Positions 1 to 10,346 of a DNA stretch of 64,000 bases are shown one piece after another (position 1 is the stretch's first letter; every line of letters begins with the position of its first letter). This stretch comes from Bugula neritina (lineage: Eukaryota > Animalia > Bryozoa), in contig OZ037768.1 of assembly GCA_964035545.1 (NCBI GenBank), positions 11,254,741 through 11,318,740 on the forward strand, given 5' to 3'. A model generated the notes under the pieces. The model was not told the origin of the DNA, made no database searches, and saw only the letters and a program-made list of their open reading frames with translations. The translations under genes and the position numbers were made by a program.

Positions 1-74
1 GAAGAAATAATATTCGAGTAACTGATCATAATATTACTATTGCGTGTTGCTAATGTTTTTGTGTTTGAGGAGAG

Positions 75-89
75 AAAAAAGAAAAAAAA
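75..89 (-). terminator. RNA Pol III oligo-T terminator (T8-C-T6), present in every unit; T6-CTC-T6 variant at genes 2, 7, 10, 15, 28
   Basis: Plus-strand A6-G-A8 immediately 3' of the 5S gene on the minus strand. Confidence 0.95.
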
Positions 90-110
90 GTCTACAGCAC
101 CTGGTATTCC

Positions 111-128
111 CAGGCGGTCACCCATCCA
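111..128 (-). promoter_or_regulatory. 5S ICR box C (+80..+97, TFIIIA site), present in every unit
   Basis: TGGATGGGTGACCGCCTG at the canonical position. Confidence 0.9.
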
Positions 129-135
129 AGTACTA

Positions 136-141
136 ACCAGG
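136..141 (-). promoter_or_regulatory. 5S ICR intermediate element (+67..+72), present in every unit
   Basis: CCTGGT at the canonical position. Confidence 0.8.
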
Positions 142-143
142 CT

Positions 144-158
144 CGACGTTGCTTAGCT
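144..158 (-). promoter_or_regulatory. 5S internal control region box A (+50..+64), present in every unit
   Basis: AGCTAAGCAACGTCG at the canonical position. Confidence 0.9.
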
Positions 159-207
159 TCAGTGATCGGACGAGAACTGGCGTTTTCAACGTGATATGGC
201 CGTAGAC

Positions 208-877
208 AACAGTGCACCCTTCGCAGCGATACTGGCTGAAGAATTAGCGGGGCGCGCTCGAGCGTGCAAGCACGTTGGTGATGCAGTGGCTGCAGTGCGC
301 ATTGCCTACTCACACTCTGCAGGTCACAACACCAGTCATGATATTATTATAGCTTAATGCACAGCAAAGGTTTAAAATAAGCAGGCCTGAGAGGGGGCAA
401 GACGAGAGTCGCGACACCACGGCACACAACTGGAGAGTTGCGCAAAATCTCCGCGTCACATTCGTGTGACTTTCAGGATGTGTGCTGTAGCATTGATTGA
501 GATGAGTTTTGAAAGCATTTGCACATGTATATCAGGCAATTTAATTTTGGAATTATTTCAACACTGCATTAGAGTTGATTAAATAAAATATTATTCTTGA
601 GAAAGTCTTAAACAATTCTTTTTTGGAATTTGTGAAGCCATGCATCAGAAGAAATTCAAAAAGAATTTCAAAAATAAAAACATGTAATAAAAAGCAAGAA
701 TGATATAATATAATATTATTTTTTGGAAAGGAATGTTAAATATTCCATTTGAGTTAGTGTGTTGAAAAACATTTCACATCAGCAAGTTGGAAGAAATAAT
801 ATTCGAGTAACTGATCATAATATTACTATTGCGTGTTGCTAATGTTTTTGTGTTTGAGGAGAGAAAAAAGAGAAAAA
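208..877. other. 5S intergenic (nontranscribed) spacer, ~670 bp; GC/CpG-richer gene-upstream half (~208-490) and AT-rich half (~490-877); repeated in every unit
   Basis: Sequence between consecutive 5S genes; the composition shift is directly visible. Confidence 0.93.
385..578 (+). ncRNA. Speculative structured ncRNA candidate in the spacer (closing helix, long hairpin, Sm-like site, 3' stem-loop); repeated in every unit
   Basis: Hand-folded pairings 385-390/532-537, 419-443/464-488 and 558-565/571-578, plus AATTTTGGA at 543-551; no recognisable family match. Confidence 0.2.
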
Positions 878-996
878 AGTCTACAGCACCTGGTATTCCC
901 AGGCGGTCACCCATCCAAGTACTAACCAGGCTCGACGTTGCTTAGCTTCAGTGATCGGACGAGAACTGGCGTTTTCAACGTGATATGGCCGTAGAC
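878..996 (-). rRNA. 5S rRNA (copy 2)
   Basis: Matches copy 1. Confidence 0.98.
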
Positions 997-1666
997 AACA
1001 GTGCACCCTTCGCAGCGATACTGGCTGAAGAATTAGCGGGGCGCGCTCGAGCGTGCAAGCACGTTGGTGATGCAGTGGCTGCAGTGCGCATTGCCTACTC
1101 ACACTCTGCAGGTCACAACACCAGTCATGATATTATTATAGCTTAATGCACAGCAAAGGTTTAAAATAAGCAGGCCTGAGAGGGGGCAAGACGAGAGTCG
1201 CGACACCACGGCACACAACTGGAGAGTTGCGCAAAATCTCCGCGTCACATTCGTGTGACTTTCAGGATGTGTGCTGTAGCATTGATTGAGATGAGTTTTG
1301 AAAGCATTTGCACATGTATATCAGGCAATTTAATTTTGGAATTATTTCAACACTGCATTAGAGTTGATTAAATAAAATATTATTCTTGAGAAAGTCTTAA
1401 ACAATTCTTTTTTGGAATTTGTGAAGCCATGCATCAGAAGAAATTCAAAAAGAATTTCAAAAATAAAAACATGTAATAAAAAGCAAGAATGATATAATAT
1501 AATATTATTTTTTGGAAAGGAATGTTAAATATTCCATTTGAGTTAGTGTGTTGAAAAACATTTCACATCAGCAAGTTGGAAGAAATAATATTCGAGTAAC
1601 TGATCATAATATTACTATTGCGTGTTGCTAATGTTTTTGTGTTTGAGGAGAGAAAAAAGAAAAAAA

Positions 1667-1785
1667 AGTCTACAGCACCTGGTATTCCCAGGCGGTCACC
1701 CATCCAAGTACTAACCAGGCTCGACGTTGCTTAGCTTCAGTGATCGGACGAGAACTGGCGTTTTCAACGTGATATGGCCGTAGAC
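1667..1785 (-). rRNA. 5S rRNA (copy 3)
   Basis: Matches copy 1. Confidence 0.98.
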
Positions 1786-2455
1786 AACAGTGCACCCTTC
1801 GCAGCGATACTGGCTGAAGAATTAGCGGGGCGCGCTCGAGCGTGCAAGCACGTTGGTGATGCAGTGGCTGCAGTGCGCATTGCCTACTCACACTCTGCAG
1901 GTCACAACACCAGTCATGATATTATTATAGCTTAATGCACAGCAAAGGTTTAAAATAAGCAGGCCTGAGAGGGGGCAAGACGAGAGTCGCGACACCACGG
2001 CACACAACTGGAGAGTTGCGCAAAATCTCCGCGTCACATTCGTGTGACTTTCAGGATGTGTGCTGTAGCATTGATTGAGATGAGTTTTGAAAGCATTTGC
2101 ACATGTATATCAGGCAATTTAATTTTGGAATTATTTCAACACTGCATTAGAGTTGATTAAATAAAATATTATTCTTGAGAAAGTCTTAAACAATTCTTTT
2201 TTGGAATTTGTGAAGCCATGCATCAGAAGAAATTCAAAAAGAATTTCAAAAATAAAAACATGTAATAAAAAGCAAGAATGATATAATATAATATTATTTT
2301 TTGGAAAGGAATGTTAAATATTCCATTTGAGTTAGTGTGTTGAAAAACATTTCACATCAGCAAGTTGGAAGAAATAATATCCGAGTAACCGATCATAATA
2401 TTACTATTGCGTGTTGCTAATGTTTTTGTGTTTGAGGAGAGAAAAAAGAAAAAAA

Positions 2456-2574
2456 AGTCTACAGCACCTGGTATTCCCAGGCGGTCACCCATCCAAGTAC
2501 TAACCAGGCTCGACGTTGCTTAGCTTCAGTGATCGGACGAGAACTGGCGTTTTCAACCTGATATGGCCGTAGAC
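2456..2574 (-). rRNA. 5S rRNA (copy 4, C17G variant)
   Basis: Matches copy 1 except at 2558. Confidence 0.96.
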
Positions 2575-3246
2575 AACAGTGCACCCTTCGCAGCGATACT
2601 GGCTGAAGAATTAGCGGGGCGCGCTCGAGCGTGCAAGCACGTTGGTGATGCAGTGGCTGCAGTGCGCATTGCCTACTCACACTCTGCAGGTCACAACACC
2701 AGTCATGATATTATTATAGCTTAATGCACAGCAAAGGTTTAAAATAAGCAGGCCTGAGAGGGGGCAAGACGAGAGTCGCGACACCACGGCACACAACCGG
2801 AGAGTTGCGCAAAATCTCCGCGTCACATTCGTGTGACTTTCAGGATGTGTGCTGTAGCATTGATTGAGATGAGTTTTGAAAGCATTTGCACATGTATATC
2901 AGGCAATTTAATTTTGGAATTATTTCAACACTGCGCATTAGAGTTGATTAAATAAAATATTATTCTTGAGAAAGTCTTAACCAATTCTTTTTTGGAATTT
3001 GTGAAGCCATGCATCAGAAGAAATTCAAAAAGAATTTCAAAAATAAAAACATGTAATAAAAAGCAAGAATGATATAATATAATATTATTTTTTGGAAAGG
3101 AATGTTAAATATTCCATTTGAGTTAGTGCGTTGAAAAACATTTCACATCAGCAAGTTGGAAGAAATAATATTCAAGTAACTGATCATAATATTACTATTG
3201 CGTGTTGCTAATGTTTTTGTGTTTGAGGAGAGAAAAAAGAAAAAAA

Positions 3247-3365
3247 AGTCTACAGCACCTGGTATTCCCAGGCGGTCACCCATCCAAGTACTAACCAGGC
3301 TCGACGTTGCTTAGCTTCAGTGATCGGACGAGAACTGGCGTTTTCAACGTGATATGGCCGTAGAC
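3247..3365 (-). rRNA. 5S rRNA (copy 5)
   Basis: Matches copy 1; upstream -4 SNP at 3369. Confidence 0.98.
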
Positions 3366-4034
3366 AACGGTGCACCCTTCGCAGCGATACTGGCTGAAGA
3401 ATTAGCGGGGCGCGCTCGAGCGTGCAAGCACGTTGGTGATGCAGTGGCTGCAGTGCGCATTGCCTACTCACACTCTGCAGGTCACAACACCAGTCATGGT
3501 ATTATTATAGCTTAATGCACAGCAAAGGTTTAAAATAAGCAGGCCTGAGAGGGGGCAAGACGAGAGTCGCGACACCACGGCACACAACTGGAGAGTTGCG
3601 CAAATCTCCGCGTCACATTCGTGTGACTTTCAGGATGTGTGCTGTAGCATTGATTGAGATGAGTTTTGAAAGCATTTGCACATGTATATCAGGCAATTTA
3701 ATTTTGGAATTATTTCAACACTGCATTAGAGTTGATTAAATAAAATATTATTCTTGAGAAAGTCTTAAACAATTCTTTTTTGGAATTTGTGAAGCCATGC
3801 ATCAGAAGAAATTCAAAAAGAATTTCAAAAATAAAAACATGTAATAAAAAGCAAGAATGATATAATATAATATTATTTTTTGGAAAGGAATGTTAAATAT
3901 TCCATTTGAGTTAGTGTGTTGAAAAACATTTCACATCAGCAAGTTGGAAGAAATAATATTCGAGTAACTGATCATAATATTACTATTGCGTGTTGCTAAT
4001 GTTTTTGTGTTTGAGGAGAGAAAAAAGAAAAAAA

Positions 4035-4153
4035 AGTCTACAGCACCTGGTATTCCCAGGCGGTCACCCATCCAAGTACTAACCAGGCTCGACGTTGCTT
4101 AGCTTCAGTGATCGGACGAGAACTGGCGTTTTCAACGTGATATGGCCGTAGAC
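4035..4153 (-). rRNA. 5S rRNA (copy 6)
   Basis: Matches copy 1. Confidence 0.98.
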
Positions 4154-4823
4154 AACAGTGCACCCTTCGCAGCGATACTGGCTGAAGAATTAGCGGGGCG
4201 CGCTCGAGCGTGCAAGCACGTTGGTGATGCAGTGGCTGCAGTGCGCATTGCCTACTCACACTCTGCAGGTCACAACACCAGTCATGATATTATTATAGCT
4301 TAATGCACAGCAAAGGTTTAAAATAAGCAGGCCTGAGAGGGGGCAAGACGAGAGTCGCGACACCACGGCACACAACTGGAGAGTTGCGCAAAATCTCCGC
4401 GTCACATTCGTGTGACTTTCAGGATGTGTGCTGTAGCAGTGATTGAGATGAGTTTTGAAAGCATTTGCACATGTATATCAGGCAATTTAATTTTGGAATT
4501 ATTTCAACACTGCATTAGAGTTGATTAAATAAAATATTATTCTTGAGAAAGTCTTAAACAATTCTTTTTTGGAATTTGTGAAGCCATGCATCAGAAGAAA
4601 TTCAAAAAGAATTTCAAAAATAAAAACATGTAATAAAAAGCAAGAATGATATAATATAATATTATTTTTTGGAAAGGAATGTTAAATATTCCATTTGAGT
4701 TAGTGTGTTGAAAAACATTTCACATCAGCAAGTTGGAAGAAATAATATTCGAGTAACTGATCATAATATTACTATTGCGTGTTGCTAATGTTTTTGTGTT
4801 TGAGGAGAGAAAAAAGAGAAAAA

Positions 4824-4942
4824 AGTCTACAGCACCTGGTATTCCCAGGCGGTCACCCATCCAAGTACTAACCAGGCTCGACGTTGCTTAGCTTCAGTGA
4901 TCGGACGAGAACTGGCGTTTTCAACGTGATATGGCCGTAGAC
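4824..4942 (-). rRNA. 5S rRNA (copy 7)
   Basis: Matches copy 1. Confidence 0.98.
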
Positions 4943-5612
4943 AACAGTGCACCCTTCGCAGCGATACTGGCTGAAGAATTAGCGGGGCGCGCTCGAGCGT
5001 GCAAGCACGTTGGTGATGCAGTGGCTGCAGTGCGCATTGCCTACTCACACTCTGCAGGTCACAACACCAGTCATGATATTATTATAGCTTAATGCACAGC
5101 AAAGGTTTAAAATAAGCAGGCCTGAGAGGGGGCAAGACGAGAGTCGCGACACCACGGCACACAACTGGAGAGTTGCGCAAAATCTCCGCGTCACATTCGT
5201 GTGACTTTCAGGATGTGTGCTGTAGCATTGATTGAGATGAGTTTTGAAAGCATTTGCACATGTATATCAGGCAATTTAATTTTGGAATTATTTCAACACT
5301 GCATTAGAGTTGATTAAATAAAATATTATTCTTGAGAAAGTCTTAAACAATTCTTTTTTGGAATTTGTGAAGCCATGCATCAGAAGAAATTCAAAAAGAA
5401 TTTCAAAAATAAAAACATGTAATAAAAAGCAAGAATGATATAATATAATATTATTTTTTGGAAAGGAATGTTAAATATTCCATTTGAGTTAGTGTGTTGA
5501 AAAACATTTCACATCAGCAAGTTGGAAGAAATAATATTCGAGTAACTGATCATAATATTACTATTGCGTGTTGCTAATGTTTTTGTGTTTGAGGAGAGAA
5601 AAAAGAAAAAAA

Positions 5613-5731
5613 AGTCTACAGCACCTGGTATTCCCAGGCGGTCACCCATCCAAGTACCAACCAGGCTCGACGTTGCTTAGCTTCAGTGATCGGACGAGAA
5701 CTGGCGTTTTCAACGTGATATGGCCGTAGAC
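5613..5731 (-). rRNA. 5S rRNA (copy 8, A74G variant)
   Basis: Matches copy 1 except at 5658. Confidence 0.97.
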
Positions 5732-6401
5732 AACAGTGCACCCTTCGCAGCGATACTGGCTGAAGAATTAGCGGGGCGCGCTCGAGCGTGCAAGCACGTT
5801 GGTGATGCAGTGGCTGCAGTGCGCATTGCCTACTCACACTCTGCAGGTCACAACACCAGTCATGATATTATTATAGCTTAATGCACAGCAAAGGTTTAAA
5901 ATAAGCAGGCCTGAGAGGGGGCAAGACGAGAGTCGCGACACCACGGCACACAACTGGAGAGTTGCGCAAAATCTCCGCGTCACATTCGTGTGACTTTCAG
6001 GATGTGTGCTGTAGCATTGATTGAGATGAGTTTTGAAAGCATTTGCACATGTATATCAGGCAATTTAATTTTGGAATTATTTCAACACTGCATTAGAGTT
6101 GATTAAATAAAATATTATTCTTGAGAAAGTCTTAAACAATTCTTTTTTGGAATTTGTGAAGCCATGCATCAGAAGAAAATCAAAAAGAATTTCAAAAATA
6201 AAAACATGTAATAAAAAGCAAGAATGATATAATATAATATTATTTTTTGGAAAGGAATGTTAAATATTCCATTTGAGTTAGTGTGTTGAAAAACATTTCA
6301 CATCAGCAAGTTGGAAGAAATAATATTCAAGTAACTGATCATAATATTACTATTGCGTGTTGCTAATGTTTTTGTGTTTGAGGAGAGAAAAAAGAAAAAA
6401 A

Positions 6402-6520
6402 AGTCTACAGCACCTGGTATTCCCAGGCGGTCACCCATCCAAGTACTAACCAGGCTCGACGTTGCTTAGCTTCAGTGATCGGACGAGAACTGGCGTTTTC
6501 AACGTGATATGGCCGTAGAC
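6402..6520 (-). rRNA. 5S rRNA (copy 9)
   Basis: Matches copy 1. Confidence 0.98.
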
Positions 6521-7190
6521 AACAGTGCACCCTTCGCAGCGATACTGGCTGAAGAATTAGCGGGGCGCGCTCGAGCGTGCAAGCACGTTGGTGATGCAGT
6601 GGCTGCAGTGCGCATTGCCTACTCACACTCTGCAGGTCACAACACCAGTCATGATATTATTATAGCTTAATGCACAGCAAAGGTTTAAAATAAGCAGGCC
6701 TGAGAGGGGGCAAGACGAGAGTCGCGACACCACGGCACACAACTGGAGAGTTGCGCAAAATCTCCGCGTCACATTCGTGTGACTTTCAGGATGTGTGCTG
6801 TAGCATTGATTGAGATGAGTTTTGAAAGCATTTGCACATGTATATCAGGCAATTTAATTTTGGAATTATTTCAACACTGCATTAGAGTTGATTAAATAAA
6901 ATATTATTCTTGAGAAAGTCTTAAACAATTCTTTTTTGGAATTTGTGAAGCCATGCATCAGAAGAAATTCAAAAAGAATTTCAAAAATAAAAACATGTAA
7001 TAAAAAGCAAGAATGATATAATATAATATTATTTTTTGGAAAGGAATGTTAAATATTCCATTTGAGTTAGTGTGTTGAAAAACATTTCACATCAGCAAGT
7101 TGGAAGAAATAATATTCGAGTAACTGATCATAATATTACTATTGCGTGTTGCTAATGTTTTTGTGTTTGAGGAGAGAAAAAAGAGAAAAA

Positions 7191-7309
7191 AGTCTACAGC
7201 ACCTGGTATTCCCAGGCGGTCACCCATCCAAGTACTAACCAGGCTCGACGTTGCTTAGCTTCAGTGATCGGACGAGAACTGGCGTTTTCAACGTGATATG
7301 GCCGTAGAC
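7191..7309 (-). rRNA. 5S rRNA (copy 10)
   Basis: Matches copy 1. Confidence 0.98.
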
Positions 7310-7979
7310 AACAGTGCACCCTTCGCAGCGATACTGGCTGAAGAATTAGCGGGGCGCGCTCGAGCGTGCAAGCACGTTGGTGATGCAGTGGCTGCAGTGC
7401 GCATTGCCTACTCACACTCTGCAGGTCACAACACCAGTCATGATATTATTATAGCTTAATGCACAGCAAAGGTTTAAAATAAGCAGGCCTGAGAGGGGGC
7501 AAGACGAGAGTCGCGACACCACGGCACACAACTGGAGAGTTGCGCAAAATCTCCGCGTCACATTCGTGTGACTTTCAGGATGTGTGCTGTAGCATTGATT
7601 GAGATGAGTTTTGAAAGCATTTGCACATGTATATCAGGCAATTTAATTTTGGAATTATTTCAACACTGCATTAGAGTTGATTAAATAAAATATTATTCTT
7701 GAGAAAGTCTTAAACAATTCTTTTTTGGAATTTGTGAAGCCATGCATCAGAAGAAATTCAAAAAGAATTTCAAAAATAAAAACATGTAATAAAAAGCAAG
7801 AATGATATAATATAATATTATTTTTTGGAAAGGAATGTTAAATATTCCATTTGAGTTAGTGTGTTGAAAAACATTTCACATCAGCAAGTTGGAAGAAATA
7901 ATATTCGAGTAACTGATCATAATATTACTATTGCGTGTTGCTAATGTTTTTGTGTTTGAGGAGAGAAAAAAGAAAAAAA

Positions 7980-8098
7980 AGTCTACAGCACCTGGTATTC
8001 CCAGGCGGTCACCCATCCAAGTACTAACCAGGCTCGACGTTGCTTAGCTTCAGTGATCGGACGAGAACTGGCGTTTTCAACGTGATATGGCCATAGAC
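7980..8098 (-). rRNA. 5S rRNA (copy 11, C6T variant)
   Basis: Matches copy 1 except at 8093. Confidence 0.97.
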
Positions 8099-8768
8099 AA
8101 CAGTGCACCCTTCGCAGCGATACTGGCTGAAGAATTAGCGGGGCGCGCTCGAGCGTGCAAGCACGTTGGTGATGCAGTGGCTGCAGTGCGCATTGCCTAC
8201 TCACACTCTGCAGGTCACAACACCAGTCATGATATTATTATAGCTTAATGCACAGCAAAGGTTTAAAATAAGCAGGCCTGAGAGGGGGCAAGACGAGAGT
8301 CGCGACACCACGGCACACAACTGGAGAGTTGCGCAAAATCTCCGCGTCACATTCGTGTGACTTTCAGGATGTGTGCTGTAGCATTGATTGAGATGAGTTT
8401 TGAAAGCATTTGCACATGTATATCAGGCAATTTAATTTTGGAATTATTTCAACACTGCATTAGAGTTGATTAAATAAAATATTATTCTTGAGAAAGTCTT
8501 AAACAATTCTTTTTTGGAATTTGTGAAGCCATGCATCAGAAGAAATTCAAAAAGAATTTCAAAAATAAAAACATGTAATAAAAAGCAAGAATGATATAAT
8601 ATAATATTATTTTTTGGAAAGGAATGTTAAATATTCCATTTGAGTTAGTGTGTTGAAAAACATTTCACATCAGCAAGTTGGAAGAAATAATATCCGAGTA
8701 ACCGATCATAATATTACTATTGCGTGTTGCTAATGTTTTTGTGTTTGAGGAGAGAAAAAAGAAAAAAA

Positions 8769-8887
8769 AGTCTACAGCACCTGGTATTCCCAGGCGGTCA
8801 CCCATCCAAGTACTAACCAGGCTCGACGTTGCTTAGCTTCAGTGATCGGACGAGAACTGGCGTTTTCAACGTGATATGGCCGTAGAC
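8769..8887 (-). rRNA. 5S rRNA (copy 12)
   Basis: Matches copy 1. Confidence 0.98.
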
Positions 8888-9557
8888 AACAGTGCACCCT
8901 TCGCAGCGATACTGGCTGAAGAATTAGCGGGGCGCGCTCGAGCGTGCAAGCACGTTGGTGATGCAGTGGCTGCAGTGCGCATTGCCTACTCACACTCTGC
9001 AGGTCACAACACCAGTCATGATATTATTATAGCTTAATGCACAGCAAAGGTTTAAAATAAGCAGGCCTGAGAGGGGGCAAGACGAGAGTCGCGACACCAC
9101 GGCACACAACTGGAGAGTTGCGCAAAATCTCCGCGTCACATTCGTGTGACTTTCAGGATGTGTGCTGTAGCATTGATTGAGATGAGTTTTGAAAGCATTT
9201 GCACATGTATATCAGGCAATTTAATTTTGGAATTATTTCAACACTGCATTAGAGTTGATTAAATAAAATATTATTCTTGAGAAAGTCTTAAACAATTCTT
9301 TTTTGGAATTTGTGAAGCCATGCATCAGAAGAAATTCAAAAAGAATTTCAAAAATAAAAACATGTAATAAAAAGCAAGAATGATATAATATAATATTATT
9401 TTTTGGAAAGGAATGTTAAATATTCCATTTGAGTTAGTGTGTTGAAAAACATTTCACATCAGCAAGTTGGAAGAAATAATATTCGAGTAACTGATCATAA
9501 TATTACTATTGCGTGTTGCTAATGTTTTTGTGTTTGAGGAGAGAAAAAAGAAAAAAA

Positions 9558-9676
9558 AGTCTACAGCACCTGGTATTCCCAGGCGGTCACCCATCCAAGT
9601 ACTAACCAGGCTCGACGTTGCTTAGCTTCAGTGATCGGACGAGAACTGGCGTTTTCAACGTGATATGGCCGTAGAC
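9558..9676 (-). rRNA. 5S rRNA (copy 13)
   Basis: Matches copy 1. Confidence 0.98.
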
Positions 9677-10346
9677 AACAGTGCACCCTTCGCAGCGATA
9701 CTGGCTGAAGAATTAGCGGGGCGCGCTCGAGCGTGCAAGCACGTTGGTGATGCAGTGGCTGCAGTGCGCATTGCCTACTCACACTCTGCAGGTCACAACA
9801 CCAGTCATGATATTATTATAGCTTAATGCACAGCAAAGGTTTAAAATAAGCAGGCCTGAGAGGGGGCAAGACGAGAGTCGCGACACCACGGCACACAACT
9901 GGAGAGTTGCGCAAAATCTCCGCGTCACATTCGTGTGACTTTCAGGATGTGTGCTGTAGCATTGATTGAGATGAGTTTTGAAAGCATTTGCACATGTATA
10001 TCAGGCAATTTAATTTTGGAATTATTTCAACACTGCATTAGAGTTGATTAAATAAAATATTATTCTTGAGAAAGTCTTAAACAATTCTTTTTTGGAATTT
10101 GTGAAGCCATGCATCAGAAGAAATTCAAAAAGAATTTCAAAAATAAAAACATGTAATAAAAAGCAAGAATGATATAATATAATATTATTTTTTGGAAAGG
10201 AATGTTAAATATTCCATTTGAGTTAGTGTGTTGAAAAACATTTCACATCAGCAAGTTGGAAGAAACAATATTCGAGTAACTGATCATAATATTACTATTG
10301 CGTGTTGCTAATGTTTTTGTGTTTGAGGAGAGAAAAAAGAAAAAAA

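Larger units (their letters stand above)
89..207 (-). rRNA. 5S rRNA (copy 1)
   Basis: GTCTACGGCCATATCACGTTGAAAACGCCAGTTCTCGTCCGATCACTGAAGCTAAGCAACGTCGAGCCTGGTTAGTACTTGGATGGGTGACCGCCTGGGAATACCAGGTGCTGTAGACT(T); folds into canonical helices I-V; ICR and terminator present. Confidence 0.99.

Noticed and set aside
92-313. 73-aa ORF (MSRQCALQ...WEYQVL) repeated 81 times
   Set aside because: Starts at GTG, and its C-terminal half is simply the 5S rRNA gene read in frame. Conservation is explained by the tandem repeat, and it is a typical rDNA-derived spurious ORF.
307-345. Weak resemblance of TACTCACACTCTGCAGG...ACACCAGTCATGAT to the U1 snRNA 5' end
   Set aside because: The ACTTACCTG 5'-splice-site pairing sequence and the GATCAC U1-70K loop are not intact, stem-loop I does not form, and the distance to the Sm-like site is too long.
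392-430. GTCGCGA...GGCACAC similarity to U11 snRNA
   Set aside because: Short gapped match only; the U11 5' AAAAAGGG sequence and downstream structure are missing.
318-551. Canonical spliced-leader RNA gene linked to 5S
   Set aside because: No convincing GGTA/GTAAG donor at a suitable distance from AATTTTGGA. The candidates AG/GTCA and AG/GTTT are weak and 170-220 nt away. The region is kept only as an unclassified candidate in findings.
543-746. Internal subrepeat suggested by three TTTTGGAA motifs and two AATATTATT...GAAAG...TTAAA segments
   Set aside because: Spacing is irregular and flanking similarity is poor; explainable by AT-rich low complexity.
208-877. tRNA or C/D, H/ACA snoRNA in the spacer
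   Set aside because: No cloverleaf or B-box (GTTCRA), and no correctly spaced RTGATGA/CTGA pair with a terminal stem or two-hairpin H/ACA layout was found by eye.
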